Positions 1-14,169 of a DNA stretch of 63,737 nt are shown piece by piece. A model generated the notes under the pieces. The model had not been told where the DNA came from. It saw nothing but the letters and a program-made list of their open reading frames with translations, and searched no databases. Source of the DNA: Schmidtea nova (Eukaryota). Both the position numbers and the translations under genes were made by a program. The stretch spans positions 257,734,001 through 257,797,737 of the forward strand of contig CM097883.1 of NCBI GenBank assembly GCA_044892505.1, given 5' to 3'. Position 1 is the first letter of the stretch. The number at the start of each line of letters is the position of its first letter.

Positions 1-980
1 GTTTAATGGTGAAATCAAAGTCCAGAATTTATCTTTTGACGGTAGTCACGAAACGTTTTCATGAGAAAATCTCATCAAACCTAGAAATATTATATATGAG
101 AAATTTCTAACTATGTTTTTTATTGATGTGCAGTTTGCCGATGTTAATTGATGAGTTCTATAGCACTGTCTAGTCTGAAGCTGTGTCGAGGTAATGCAGT
201 AAGGTCTGCTTCAGAATCAGTCAGTCAGAATCAGTCTAATTCCTCAAGCTTTAGCGTCTACTGTCAATATAGCATTGGCTCAAGATTTATATTCAGGAGC
301 CTCTATCACTGGTTTCATTGAGGCCTCTGTCCGTTTCCTGTCAATTGATTCCAACTGTAAAGTTGCAAACTCTAACACATTTCTACCAATTTTTTGTGAA
401 GGAAATATACTGTTTCTGTTTTTGACTTGATTGAATTTATTTTCTTTATTGTTTGTCCCTGAGTTGAGCTTTGACTGCATTGAGCTCGTTTTGCAGTTGA
501 TATATTGTGTCTTGGTCTTTCCTTGATTCGATTGTATTGATATATTCACAATTTACAGTTTCTATTTCATGGTAAACGTCAACCACCTCTGATAAATTCG
601 AAAGTGACTCTCTGATTTATCAGATGAAGGCGGCATTTTGCTGATAATTTTTGGATAAATTGATGTTTAACTAAATTTGAGTAAGCCATATTGATTGTCG
701 GTTATATTATCCTGTGATAACACTGGGAAACAATAATTTTTGTATCAACGATTTTTATATCATTTTAGGGTAATTTTAGAGCACTGGATCTGAATATGAC
801 ATCTATTTTGCTTGATAGGCTCTAGTTTTTGAGATAATGAATGGCCTCTGTTTTTAGGTTTCTTTCGTGATTTTCATTAATTTTATTATTAGCCAGGTTT
901 AACATTATAAGGGAAATTTAATGTTACAAGTAAAATGAGTCAGGAGAAGATTAGAATGAATGAAACATTGAAGGCAGTAT

Positions 981-1360
981 TTAGAGGTGGAAAACCTTTC
1001 TAGAACAATTAAGTGGTGAAGGAGTGAATGTATATGCGATGACGTGATATGTATATAGAGAGAGATTATTTCACATAGAAAATAAATGCATGAGGAAATG
1101 TTCGAGAATTTTCTACTGCATACACATACACACAAATAAGAATATGGGAAATCCCAAATAATCTGGGTACAGAAACACATACTGCACTTAAATATGGAGT
1201 ACACACGCGTATGATACAGAATAGCCAATCATCGAATATCAACTAAGTATAGGACAACAGTGAAAATAGTTATATTCTCTCTTTATGCACATATCACGTC
1301 ATCACATGAACACTCACTCCATCACCACTTAATTGCTCTAGAAAGTTTTCCATCTTTAAA
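981..1360. repeat. Imperfect ~90-bp inverted repeat pair (981-1070 / 1271-1360) with 200-bp spacer
   Basis: ggtggaaaacctttctagaacaattaagtggtg...gacgtgatatgt matches the reverse complement of acatatcacgtc...caccacttaattgctctagaaagttttccatc. Confidence 0.7.
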
Positions 1361-1569
1361 TAATTATTTTTTCAGAATTATTGAGGGATTTTAGAAATGG
1401 TGAATGTATTTCTGCATTGCTTCAGCTGCTGTGATTGTTGCTTTCTTGATAACAGCTTATTTTAGCTCTTCATATGGATAACTGCATTGCAGTTCATGAC
1501 TTATGTTACTTTTCTAGGGATGAATTTGTCAGTAGGTAGAAGTATTTAACCCTTGTACTTCTGATGTTA

Positions 1570-2914
1570 ACCTGGCCTACCAAAAGTCTCCAGTCAGGCA
1601 GTTATTTACATATTGAAGTTTATAATGAACGTCTGTAGTGCAAATATAAACAGCAATGGGAACAAAGGTCACCAACACCTTCAACATGCTGCATGCGCAC
1701 ATGTACACACACTCACACACAGAATATGACTATTCACTCCAGACACACAACAGTGATAACAGTGAGTCATGTTATTGAAGGGTTGTCATTTTTTTAGAAT
1801 ATGGCTACTGGGAGAGAGGTTACAGATTTTCAGAAAGGCATTATTTACGGATGTTACCTTTGTGGAAAAAGTCAGAGTGAAACTGCTGCATTGACTGGCC
1901 ATCCCAAAGGGACTATTAACTACTTCCTGAGCAAGTACCGCTAGAAGCAGACACATGTCAACAAGCAACGTTCAGGCTGCCCCAAACTTCTGAGCATCCG
2001 TACACAACGGCAGCTGAAACGACTTGTGGTGGCTCATCGTCGGTTCCCCCTGTCCAAGTTAGTGTCCACATTTAACACTGGTGATGTGCATGCCAGCATG
2101 TCCACCATTCGTCGCGCATTACATTTTCGGGGTTTCTATGGCAGATCGTCGCTTGAAGTGGTGCCGGGAGAAAAGGAGTTGGACAGCAGAACAATGACGC
2201 TCAGTCATTTGAAGTGATGAATCACGTTTCACTCTTATCAAATCTCTTAGACAGCAATTCTGCTAGCGTCGTGTAGGAAAACGATTTTACCCTGAATGTA
2301 TTCAGTAAACTGTGAAATATGGAGAAGACTCCATCATGTTTTGGAGTCTTTTCTCAGCTCGTGGAACTGGCCCTCTAGTGAAGTGCAGCAATCACATGAC
2401 GTCAGTTGAATACCGTGCCATTACGTAAAATGAGCTTGTTCCTTTTCGCCTAGAAATTGAGGGACTCATTTTCAAACAGGATAATGCACCAATCCATAAT
2501 TCGCACATTATGAAGAAATTCTTTCTGCAACACAGCATCAGCGTTTGGATTGGGTTCCACAAAGCCCTGATCTGAATCCTATTGAGTTTCTGTGGGACGT
2601 CCTTGGTAGACGAATTCGCAAAAGGATTACCATTGCCCGTAACGCCTCGGAACTGGAAACACATCAGCATGAGGAATGGTCACACATCTCCCCTGATTTC
2701 CTGGCAAAAGTAGTCGATACAATGCCAAAACGAGTGTGCCTTGTTATCCAGATGAAAGGTAGTATAACGAAGTACCAACTCTCTCAGCACTACAGACATT
2801 CAGTATTCGTGTGTGTTTGTGACATTTGTTCCCATTGCTGTTCATTATAAACTGTTCGTTATAAACTGCAATATGTAAATAACTGCCTGACTGGAGACTT
2901 TTGGTAGGCCGGGG
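1570..2914 (+). mobile_element. Tc1-family DNA transposon, defective
   Basis: Long TIRs (ggcctaccaaaagtctccagtcaggcagttatttacatattg at both ends), TA flanks at 1568-1569 and 2915-2916, ~1.35 kb, internal transposase. Confidence 0.9.
1801..2790 (+). pseudogene. Tc1 transposase pseudogene (stop at 1942, frameshifts)
   Basis: ATG at 1801 gives paired-like HTH (MATGREVTDFQKGIIYG...RSGCPKLLS); C-terminal pieces FKQDNAPIH and WVPQSPDLNPIEFLWD. Confidence 0.85.
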
Positions 2915-3274
2915 TAGATAATTCGAATTATCTACTTATAATAACCAATTTTTGGTATATGAAAATTAATTTTGAATTCTTATCCACAGAAGATAGTTTT
3001 CATTTATTGACGAGGTCCCATTTATAACACATTGATTGTCATAATCTTAAGCTACATACATCATTAAGAATTAATATCGATATTGTAGTGCCTCAGACTT
3101 TTCAATTTAATTATAACATTAATTTAATAATTAAATTATTAATGAAATATTATATTAAATGATTTTTTTCTTTTTGTTTTAAATAAGAAAAAAATGCACT
3201 TTTTTCACTTTCAAAAAACCAACATGACGAACATACTCTAAAAAGAATTTATAATTATAAAATCGAAATTTGAA

Positions 3275-3880
3275 ATGATATCCAATGAAATGTTTTCAAA
3301 TCCAAATGAGGGAACGAATCAGAGATCTACGGAAATATCGAGTGAAAAGAAGCTATCTGAATCCAATACTAATAAATATAAACTATCGAATTGTGTCAGT
3401 AACAATCATCAATCATTGAATACGGGAATTCTTTCATCCTCATCTCAATTATGTCCTCCGCCTGGAAGGGCAAATGCTCATTTACTTCAACAATTTCAAA
3501 ACAATTCCCAATATTTCTCGTTGCTAAACATTCGCAATGTGACTTCGATTTTTAGTGGCTGCAATATGAATCAGATTAATGATTTTTCCGATGTCGGCCC
3601 TATAAAGGACAATAAGACCCATCAATCGTTTCTGCATAGTGAAACCAATAAGCAATTCAACCAAAACCCATAGAATCCCAAACACAATACGTGTAATGTT
3701 CAAACAATGCCGAATCCCAGCACAATCAATCAAAATCAACTGGTTAGGCTGTCAAAGATTAGCGATTATAAAAGCCAACGAACTCATTCATCAACTTTTG
3801 TAGATTGGAATATAATGTATTTCGTTCTTAATCTTTTTCTGTTCCTAAAGTTATTAATTACAAAATACTGTAAATTCTAA
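3275..3880 (+). other. Unassigned S/N/Q-rich reading frame with one internal TAG
   Basis: 132-aa ORF; the same frame stays open 68 more codons after TAG 3671-3673 to TAA 3878-3880; no recognised family. Confidence 0.3.
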
Positions 3881-6406
3881 AAACATTTTCCATATTTAAT
3901 TCAATCAAATCCAATTGAACAATATGTAAAATATGCATTTTAGTACCGACTGCAATATGAAATAGATGGCATATTGGAATCACGCCAATCGAATTTGTTA
4001 ATTAATTTTGGCGCTTAGTGCTTAAACGTATGAAAAAATTCAAACTAGAAGAGTTTACATTGTATATTTAGAATTTTTATTGACTATTGAGTATATCAAA
4101 TATTAGTGAGAAGAATTTGTGATATGTATTTTGAAATTTTGAAATTTACTTACTATTCTGTTGATTTTTTTGTGCTGTAACATATTTGTAGCTATCATTA
4201 AACATAAATCCTAAGTAAGTTTCAATTAATGAGGGAGATCCCAAAAGTAAAATTTAACCTTGAGATAATAATATGAGAGAAATAATAATTACACAACTGA
4301 AATATTTATTTTTGTTGGTCTGATATCATTTCATATGCACAAAATCTATTTCATAAAAAGTTGAACAAAACTGTTTGTAATACGATTTTTGAAATTTTCA
4401 TTGAACTGAATCAACTTTTCGTCACTTTATAAAGCTTGTAANNNNNNNNNNNNNNNNNNNNNNNNNNNNNNNNNNNNNNNNNNNNNNNNNNNNNNNNNNN
4501 NNNNNNNNNNNNNNNNNNNNNNNNNNNNNNNNNNNNNNNNNNNNNNNNNNNNNNNNNNNNNNNNNNNNNNNNNNNNNNNNNNNNNNNNNNNNNNNNNNTA
4601 AATTTTTGTGAGACTATAAATCAAAAATTTTTTTTAGTTGATACTAACAACCTATCTAACAACCAAAAAAAAATTTGATACAGTCTTTCAAAAATAAAAA
4701 AAATTGAATTAAAAAAAAGACCAAAAGTGAAACCAAAAGATAATAGTGATAATATATCTGTTTAGTTTCTTATGTATTTTTTCTTAATTTTGAAATAAAA
4801 ATTTAGATGGGTGATTTAAAAATATAATTTTTCCAAATGAGGAATTGTTGCTGACAAAACCGTTTTAATGTACACATAATCTTTAGGCATTCCATTAACA
4901 ATTTGGTAATCCATACATCATAATCTGATACCTGTTTTGATACATGGAAATTAGTTTTATTGTTCAGTTTTTTGTTTTATTATCATGATTACAGTAAGTA
5001 AACAAATTGCTTTCGTTAGAAAACGGTGGAAAGGAGATTGATTGTTAGCTTTATCTTTTATATCTTGTTGGTAGCTTTACATACACACACACACACATAT
5101 ATATATATACACAATATTTTCTTTTATGAAATAAAAAATATAATATACCAACATTGGTAAAAAAGGTCGTGTTGAATATTCATGTAAATAAATAAAAATC
5201 TAGATATAAAAATAAATGACGATAAATGAAATTGAATCGAAAAATTGAAACTAAAAAATTTTGTAATATTTACATCATCACAAATTAAAATGTTTTTCAT
5301 ATTATTATCCTCACAAACTGATTAATTAAAATTAATTTTATCAAATATATCCGAATGAATCTAGAGATGAAATTATTTTAATTATGAAATTAAATTCTAT
5401 AGTAATTTTAACTTTTTTATAATTTTTAATTTTATTCTAATTTTATTCTAATTTTCTCTAAAATAATGATAAAAATTAAAATAGTAAATGTATAAATCGT
5501 CATTTAGGTTGAAATAAACTATTGTACAGTAGGAAAGGTGGATTTTACCAATAAGAATTATTTTTAACAGTAACTTATTATCCGTGTTCTCATAACATGT
5601 AAATATTAATTTATGTAATTAAAGTTTCCACAATTTATTTCGTTAAAAATTAATTAATTTATTGAATTGTATCAATTTCCAAACAAAATATTTCAAAAAA
5701 AAATATTTAGCAAATATGGCTTTTATTAGAATTTAACAAGTATAAAAGTTGTCAAATAACTTTCGAAATTTTTTGAATTTACAAAGTACATTGGATAGAA
5801 TTTTTATCCTTTAATATAAATAATGTATATAAATAATATATATACTTTTCCATACTTTACAAGAAAATACAATAATTTGGTAATTATTATTAGTAAATAT
5901 TAATTTTAGCAAATAATAACCAAAACAAAGTCAAGCACATTTATTAAATGTCTTGAAATATTTAGGCACTTAATCCAAATATTTTATTCATTTTTTACTT
6001 AACCCCTTACTGTATGACTTTTTTGTGACCAAAAGATTTTTTAATTTAACTTAATTTTTCATAGATATACAGAACATGACAAAAAAAATTTATTTGAAGC
6101 AGTGGAACGGGGTGAAAATTATCAAGAATTTGTCAGTTAAATGGGTATACCAGTATTTGACAGCTGGCTTTTAGTACCAACACAATTTTAGTAGCATTTT
6201 ATAGGATATAGCCGATGTGCTACAGTATGCGGTAAGGGGTCAACGTATTAGTTTATAAGATTTTTAAAATTATCTATTAAAGTAATTTAATAAAATAAAA
6301 ATATAAATTTTTAGCTTTCTATATCTAATGGTTATTTGGGTTCTGGTTATTTACCGGAAAATAGTCTTAATTTTTTAATTTTTAATATTTAATTAAACTC
6401 ATTCAG

Positions 6407-6763
6407 TATGGAAGGAAGTATTGTACGATTACCTGAAATTTTGGAGCTGAAGAAAAAGTACAAGTTCTACATCTATTTAGATGAAGCTCACAGTATTGGA
6501 GCTCTTGGAAAAGGTGGCCGTGGAGTTGTCGATTACTTCAATCTTAATCCACGTGAAGTGGATATTCAAATGGGAACATTTACGAAGAGTTTCGCTTCGT
6601 CTGGTGGATACATTAGCGGCTCCCGTAAATTGATCCATTATATAAGAGAAAAATCTCACAGCACGATTTATGGTGGTACAATGTCGGGGCCAATTTGTCA
6701 GCAAATTCTTTCTTCTATGGCTATCATTGGAGGCAAAATGGGTGACAATTTAGGTGAAGAGAG
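6407..6763 (+). CDS. SPTLC2: Serine palmitoyltransferase long-chain-base subunit 2 (SPTLC2/3 type), internal exon with PLP-lysine motif
   Basis: [11 protein letters not shown]...[12 protein letters not shown]...[13 protein letters not shown]; acceptor ttcag ends 6406, donor gtaat at 6764, phase 2 at both ends. Confidence 0.93.
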
Positions 6764-7606
6764 GTAATATTGTTTATTAAATAATGTAATTTAAAATTAA
6801 AATTATTTACTTGTATAAAAATAATATTAGAATTGATAGAATTGAGTATTTATATTGAGAAGTGTTCATGACGGATGTATTCTCTTTTGTTCGAATTACC
6901 ATCATTATTTTTTTTTGATAATTATAATATTTATTTGTCTATATGTGTATCCGATAAAATTGTTTCGGCTCTCTTTTGCATACAGAGCGACACTTAAGAG
7001 GTTAATCCGTATTTCTAATAAATGTATTTAATATCATTATTATATGTCAGATGTAAATTTGAAAGCTTTAACCATTTGCACTAGGAAAGTATTTTCACAT
7101 TTCTTTTCACCAACTAGATAATTATAAATATGATTTATCATAGTGAAAAATTTAGAATTACTTCTTAGATGAAAAAAAGAATCAGTAAAATGTTTCATTT
7201 ATACTTATGCATAAAATTTATCAGAATAAATTGTCATGCAAGTGCTGCTGGCATTCCGATTGCAAAGAGCTATGTTAATTTAATTTAGTTTGAAAATTTT
7301 CTAAAATTATTAACAATAATATTATCAATTTATGTTATCTGACCTTCCATATTCTCGCCAACTTCTTTTCCTCGGGACATCATCAAAATGAATAAATTTT
7401 TAAAATTCCGAAAATTTTACGATAATGATACTTTGCAAATGAGTAAACAAAATATTGAAAACATTAATGAAGTTAAGCAAAATAATATTTTGATCCTAAT
7501 GTAAGAATACCGCGTGGAAATGAGAATGACTTTTAATTGATTTGACAATCCTTATTATTTTTTCCTATGCTGTAAATTTCAGGCTGAGCATTGCCGACCA
7601 AAAGGA

Positions 7607-7801
7607 TTGACTAATATTAGTGATCATTTTAGGAAATGTATCAGTAAAAAAATAGGTATCTCAGATTTTATAATTATTTCAAAAGGTTTAAGTAATTATT
7701 GGGAACGAGTAACTTGTGAGGTATTGTTGATTAGATATTTAAATCCAAAAATAAATGATCAAGTTGCCCGTTCCACGAATATTTTGAATGTGTTTAAGTA
7801 A
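7607..7801 (+). pseudogene. Penelope-like GIY-YIG endonuclease C-terminal remnant
   Basis: DHFRKC..KKIGISDFIIISKGLSNYWERVTCEVLLIRYLNPKINDQ aligns by eye with the C-terminus of the 23971-24648 GIY-YIG ORF. Confidence 0.7.
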
Positions 7802-8075
7802 CTGAAGGTTGAATGTTGCGAATTGTGTTTGTGGTATAATTATGTTTGTTTTTTGTAAACATTTGAATTTTTTTTTTAATTTGTAAATTTTATGTTGAAT
7901 GTTAAAATTTTATTAAATTTTATTTTATTTTTAAAATAATATGTATGTTGTACTATGTAAAATGTTGTTTGTTTTTTTAATTAATTTTTAAAAATTTTTA
8001 TGTTATAAAATAAAATAAAATAAATAAAATTTTAAAATTAAAATTTTGATATAGTATGGAAATGATTATTATTAA

Positions 8076-8296
8076 CCTGTTAACCGGGCAGGACGTATAT
8101 ACAAGTCCTACGAAAATTACTATCAAACGGGCGAGACGTATAAATGTAGTGCGCAAAAACTGGCGGAACTTTGTTAGCCTGTTGTATGACTCATTTTTAC
8201 AAGTTTTACATATGTTTTGAGGACGCATTTATACGTCTCGCCCGTTTGATAGTAATTTTCGTAGGACTTGTATATACGTCCTGCCCGGTTAACAGG
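8076..8296. mobile_element. piggyBac-type MITE
   Basis: Perfect 71-bp TIRs (8076-8146 / 8226-8296) starting CC, TTAA on both sides (8072-8075, 8297-8300). Confidence 0.85.
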
Positions 8297-8356
8297 TTAA
8301 TTAATTTGTTTAAATTTAGCATATTTTCTATTTTATTATTGATTATCCTGATTGCT

Positions 8357-8393
8357 GCCTGACGAAGATTGTTATACAATCGAAATATATCGC
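8357..8393 (+). ncRNA. Minimal type I hammerhead ribozyme motif (Penelope-associated)
   Basis: gc-CTGACGA-a-gattgt(tat)acaatc-GAAA-tatat-c-gc: core, 6-bp stem II, palindromic stem III, UC cleavage site; downstream of a GIY-YIG remnant. Confidence 0.7.
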
Positions 8394-9706
8394 GTTTATG
8401 TTGAATTTACTGAGTTGGCGTTTTTCTATTCTTAAATCATTGCCACATTTTTTTGATTATTAATTTTGTATTTATCAATTTTTTAATGATAAATTTGAGA
8501 GGAAAACTAGATATAAAAAGAAAAAATGTAATGAACGAACAACAAAATATATCTGCATGCTTATAAATATAAGAGTGCCGCGGGTTGGCCACTCCTGCTG
8601 TAATTGGTTTATGTGAATAAACTAAAATTTATATATTTCTTTATTTTTCTATTCGTTGACTTTATTTTTATGTTAAAATTTCTAATGTTTTCGATGTTTT
8701 CACACAGACGAATAATTTATTAATACATTTTAATTGACATTCAGTTTATCAGATACAAAAAATCACGTTCATTGTTAATGAATTCAATTATGTTTTTGAC
8801 ACTATTCTTTATCAATCTATTTGTACTACAATCGTATAAAATTTATTCCGTATAGAAATGAATAACAGTGGCAATGCTAAACAGTTTGACTGACAGAAGA
8901 TGGTTTATTTATATGTATTTCATTCAATTACACAAGATTTTTGCAGTTAGACAATTGTGATAAATCCTTGATGTCGAGATTTAAATAATTTGAAAATTTT
9001 GATTTATTTTCACTTTTCGGTTTTCATAGTATTATTATAGCTGTAGAACTCTGTTAAAAATTTTCAAAATTTAAAGCTAAATTTTGTTTTCAAAAGAATT
9101 TAAACTTTGAATTGTTAAAGTGACTTTATAATAGTGATTCAATGAGCACATTATAACAATATTACAGTCTAAAACTTGAGAACAGGAGTTTTTTGTAATT
9201 TAGATTTCTAATAAATTTTTTTGAGGTACACAAATTTGGAATTATTTACTTAATGTTGCACACATTGATGCCGATTATTTTAAATAATGCGTCGGAACAT
9301 TTAATATTATCAGATAAATTGAAATTTAGTAGGTCCCAATACTCTAGGGCAGTATTGGGAAAAGAACATTTTTCGCTACCCGCACCATTAAATTTTCAAA
9401 GAATATTCTCGCACACTTTAACCAAAATAATTTAATTATATATATTGAAAAAAACTGACATACTTAGTTTTATTATTTGTTTATAGTAAATATTAATTAT
9501 TAATTGAAATATAAATTTATGGTTAATGACTCTTGTTGTTGAAAATCTGGAGTTAGTGGATAAAAATTATTTTTACTAACAAAAATGAATTTTTAATTTT
9601 AGATTTTTATTTTACTAGCTTCGCTTAAATTCAATGGTGAAATTGTAAAAATACAACTTCGTACCCCAGATATTCTCGTACGAACCTCAAAGAGGTGCGT
9701 GCACCA

Positions 9707-9921
9707 ACGGTTTAGAACCACGGCTCCAGGGAATCCAAAATCAATACCATTTTTCAAAGAAATTATTAGAGTTTTTTATTAATTTTAAAAAATTTCTTTC
9801 TAAGACGCAAAATACGGTTTAGAACCACGGCTCCAGGGAATCCAAAATCAATACCATTTTTCAAAGAAATTATTAGAGTTTTTTATTAATTTTAAAAAAT
9901 TTCTTTCTAAGACGCAAAATA
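9707..9921. repeat. Tandem duplication, 2 x 107 bp
   Basis: acggtttagaaccacggctccaggg...gacgcaaaata at 9707 and 9814. Confidence 0.9.
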
Positions 9922-10557
9922 TATCTATAAAAGCTAGAAAAGTAACTTTTTAAAAGGAATTTGTACGAAAACTATACATTTGTGTTCACTATTAAAGTCT
10001 TAGTATAAGAATTTTGTATTACTCTATGGATAAATAAATATCAATCATCTATTATTTCTTGAAATCAAAGGCTGCAATATGAAATGTCCACACACTGTTT
10101 ATTTTCTTATCGCCTGCCCTGTATATACGTATGTAAATAATTATTGATATACAGTCCGTCAATGACGGTTACATTTTTTGAATTTAACTTGTAGTGGGTG
10201 TTTGTTGTTCTAGTGCCAAATACGAGTTAACTGGTCTAGTTTTCATGCCATTTGAAACTATTTTGTGTCAGAAAAGAAGCAAAAGCACGAGTTTGGTGTC
10301 AGCAAAAGATTCATTTTAATTTAAATTATATAACAAAATTAATTTAGCGTGTGTGAATAGATTGAAAAAGTATCGTTCGGCAATGAATGCTTAAGCTGAT
10401 TTTAATTTGTGAAGTCGCTTGAGCATTGCGGTTAGGCTATTCCCGTGCTGGAGTGCCCTACGACACGCGTCCAAGAGATGTGACGCACAACATTTTATCT
10501 GACACATGAATGATTTATAGACTCAATTTTTTTCTAATAGTTTACTTATGTGTAAGG

Positions 10558-12630
10558 CAGGGGTGGCCAACCTTTTTGGAAAAAGGGCCATTACAATATT
10601 TTTGAACCACGCGGCGGGCCGCAGGTTTGAAAGGCGTAAATTTTTATCTGATGCTTCTGAGCTAATTCCAACTAAAGGACAGGAGGAGCGCAGTAATCGC
10701 CCGTAGTGGGGTCTGAGACAACCGTTAAAAAAACAATAAAGCATTTGCGTGCATGTTAAATAAATTATGCTTCTTAGGTACAGGATAAACTGGCACTATT
10801 TATATTGGATGGCCCTGAATAGAAATCATAATGAATTAGGGAAATTTTCAAAATGTAATATACAATAATAATTGGTTAAAAACACATAAACACATGAAAT
10901 AAACAATAAATATTGTTCAATCTTTACTGGCGGCAAACTATTACTTTTTTTTAGTACAGTTAGTAAATCTACCAATTCAAAAAGTAAAGTAACGGGATAT
11001 AAAACATTATATTGCAAAATAAATTGTTTGTACAAAAACACTACATTTTAACTATTCGGGGCAAGTGTCTTTCAGTGAGAAACCTGAGCTTGTTTGCCAG
11101 ATGAGAGCTCTTCTATACTAACATCAAATGCAGACACGGAAATGCGCAAGATGTCGTGCAAATGATCATCAGTAAGTCTGACCCTATGAACCGACTTATT
11201 GCATTTCATTCTTGAAAATGTCTGCTCACATATGTATGTACTGCCAAACAAACTCATCATCTTCAATACATTCTTCCGCAATACTGGATACTTGTCGGAA
11301 GTTAAGAGGGAATAAAACTCGATCAAGTTTCCTTCCAGATATTTTTGTTTTAAAAAGCTATCGGATTGCAGCTCAACAAGCTACATTTGAAAATCTGTCG
11401 ACACATTTTCAACATCCACCAGGAAAAGACTTCCAAAGAGCCGGATTTCTATTTCATTAGAACGGAAGTCAACGAATCTTCTTTTAAACTCCTGCAGCAG
11501 GTTCGTAACCGATTCCTCATACCGCTTTTGTCGTGTCATGCATGCTGCAAAGGCCAGCAAGATCTTCAACAATTTGAAAGTTTTCATTTACTCCACGGAT
11601 GAATATCAGCAGTTGTGCTATACTCTCATCTAGTGCGACTGAATACCAGACAAAATGCCGTGAAGCACGCTGAAGCTGCTGGAGAAGATTTGCGGCAATA
11701 TCTTCAACACGGCGTGTAATGTTTTGTTTTGACAGGCTAACATTAGTGAACTGTTCTTTCATTTCGGGGCAGACATGTCCAACAACTTTCAGCATACAAT
11801 TTTTGACAAATTCCCCATCCGTGAATGGCTTTCCTTGCCTTGCAATCGCAATTGCTACTTTTTAACTTGCTCTAACAGCTGTTCCTGATTGTTTTGTATA
11901 TTTATTGAAAAGGTTCTGCTGCTTGGCCAGGCTTGTCTTCAGAAACGCAATCTTATCTTCTCTGATTTTGCCTTCAAATTTAGAATAAATTTGCTTGTGA
12001 TGAGTTTGTAATGACGTTTCAGATTATAATCTTTCATAATTGCAATTATGTCACTTCAAACCAAACATAAAGCACTACCAGAGTGTTCCACGAAAAAATA
12101 ATACTTTTCCCATCTCTCTTGGAAAGTTCTGCCTTCAGCATCAATTGTTCGGGATCTTTTCTTTTCGTTAATTGTCATTATTGAATTGTAATTATTCTAT
12201 ATTTAATATTTTACCACGCTTGTTAACTATTAATTCGAAATATTTGTAAAAACATTAACATCACAAAATTAACGGAAAATGTATGGTTGTGTATGAAATA
12301 AACAAAGTTTAGCATGATTATCAATTATTCAGAAGCAAGATAATATATATGCACCGTGTATTGACGATCAACAAAAGTAACACAGTTAATAAATGATTAA
12401 ATTTACCATTTTAATTTATTGCTCCGTGGTTTTTGTTTTTTGATAAAAATTTTTATTGTTTGTATTGTAATTATTAACTATATATTCATTGTGTTGTATT
12501 TATTACAAATATTTTTTTTTGTATCATTTTCGTATTTGAAAAAGTTTTTAAAAATTTTTATTCTATTTTTGAAATATTAAAACATTGCGGGCCGCAAACG
12601 GCCCGCGGGCCGCCGGTTAGGCCACTCCTG
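10558..12630 (-). mobile_element. hAT (Buster/SPIN-like) DNA transposon, internally deleted
   Basis: TIRs caggggtggccaacc / ggttaggccactcctg; perfect 8-bp TSD GTGTAAGG with central TA (10550-10557, 12631-12638). Confidence 0.93.
11072..12178 (-). pseudogene. hAT transposase pseudogene (GTF2IRD2/SPIN-like)
   Basis: N-terminal BED finger region, SVALDES..AQLLIFIRG, and dimerisation domain FGSTYICEQTFSRMK; frameshifts and deletions. Confidence 0.88.
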
Positions 12631-13426
12631 GTGTAAGGTATCAAAATTCTTCATTTTATATTAAAGTTTTCTCGTACACAAATATAATATTATACTGGCA
12701 ACACTGTTATTGATATCTGTTATTATTGGAGGCGGTTTTCCTTGCTATTAGACTGAGCTAATGTCCGCCGTAACAAGTCTCAATGTTTCAGCATCTCTAA
12801 CATCTTGCTGATAGTGGATTCCAATTTGCCCATTATCGTACACTATTATGTACACATGTAAAGTAATATGCCGTTTCTTACAATTGCGAAAAAAAGGATT
12901 TATGTGAATAAATAATTTGACCAAAAAACGTTTTGAAAAGTTAAGCTGTGATTTGTTTGTGCTCCAGCTTTTCCTTTATTTGTGAACTGTGAAAGTAATT
13001 TAAATTAAGAATAAAATATTTTTGGATAGGCTTAAAATTATTTAAAAAATTATATTCAGTTTAAAATAAATTAAAAATAAATTGGCGTTTTGTTACTGAG
13101 TTTCACTAAGCTTTACCTTTTATTAATTATTTAAAACAAACAGCCATCCGACAAATATTTTTCAAAAGATATTTCAAGTGATTGAAATAATAAATAAAGC
13201 TAAGGCACTCGAGTGTGCTTGCAAATAAGCTCTTTGGAAAACTATTAGTGCTCAGAGGCGAATATGATATTCATACGCCATGTTTGCAAGTTTACAAATT
13301 ATCAGTAAGACCTATCATTTTTAAATGACATGATACCCGGTGTACCAGAAATGTATTTAATAAAGTTGTTCAGAGTTTATTTTTTACATACCTGACATGA
13401 AGAGCAATCTTCGCGTCTTCTGTATA

Positions 13427-13460
13427 GCACTGATGAGAACCAAAAGATCGAAACTAGTGG
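13427..13460 (+). ncRNA. Degenerate hammerhead ribozyme motif
   Basis: CTGATGA-gaac(caaaa)gatc-GAAA-ctagt; stem II has a mismatch and the cleavage nucleotide is G, so probably inactive. Confidence 0.45.
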
Positions 13461-14169
13461 GGTTTTGTATTATATATCACAAATCTTGACCTTTTATAAC
13501 TTGTTTAATAATAAATTTATTTGATTGTAAATCGATCTCATTTTTATTTAACATGGCTAGTGAAAATAAAAAGAAAATTATTAGAATGGATCAGCAAAAA
13601 CTTTCAAAGACGGTGAATTGAAGAATATGACATGATTAAAAATGATAATAAAACACTTGATTTTATTTTCTGGAACAGTTGTATGCACAACCTCGTTAGT
13701 AAAACGGAATTATGAAAAAAATCCAAAAATCGCTTCATGGGAAAAGTAAGGATGAAGAAAACAAGTTGATTGCTCGGGCGATAAAAAATAAAAATATTCA
13801 GACAACATCTCTAATGAAATTTATGGACAGTCATTGAAATAGATAAGGGCACGCGTAAAAAGGCGCGCCACATTAATAAAGCGCAGGATAATGAAGGTGC
13901 GTATTAAAAAAGGTGCTGAATAATGAGGACACGTAATAATAAAGACACACAGCCAAAATTATAAGTAAATAAAACGATTCACATATAATAATAAATTCGA
14001 TCTTATTAATAACCTTATTATAAATTTGAGCTAACATCCAATACCAATCTATTAATACATTTTTATTAATACTCATCCTTATTATCCGACGCCTTTATGT
14101 GCACGCTCTTTTGTGGTGGTCCTTTTTTTGTGCATACGTTTGATATACCTTTTTTGATATACGTTTGTT

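Noticed and set aside
280-549. 89-aa ORF as a real gene
   Set aside because: Low complexity, no motif, in decayed repeat-like sequence.
13830-14130. Possible degenerate MITE
   Set aside because: Inverted similarity too weak to define ends.
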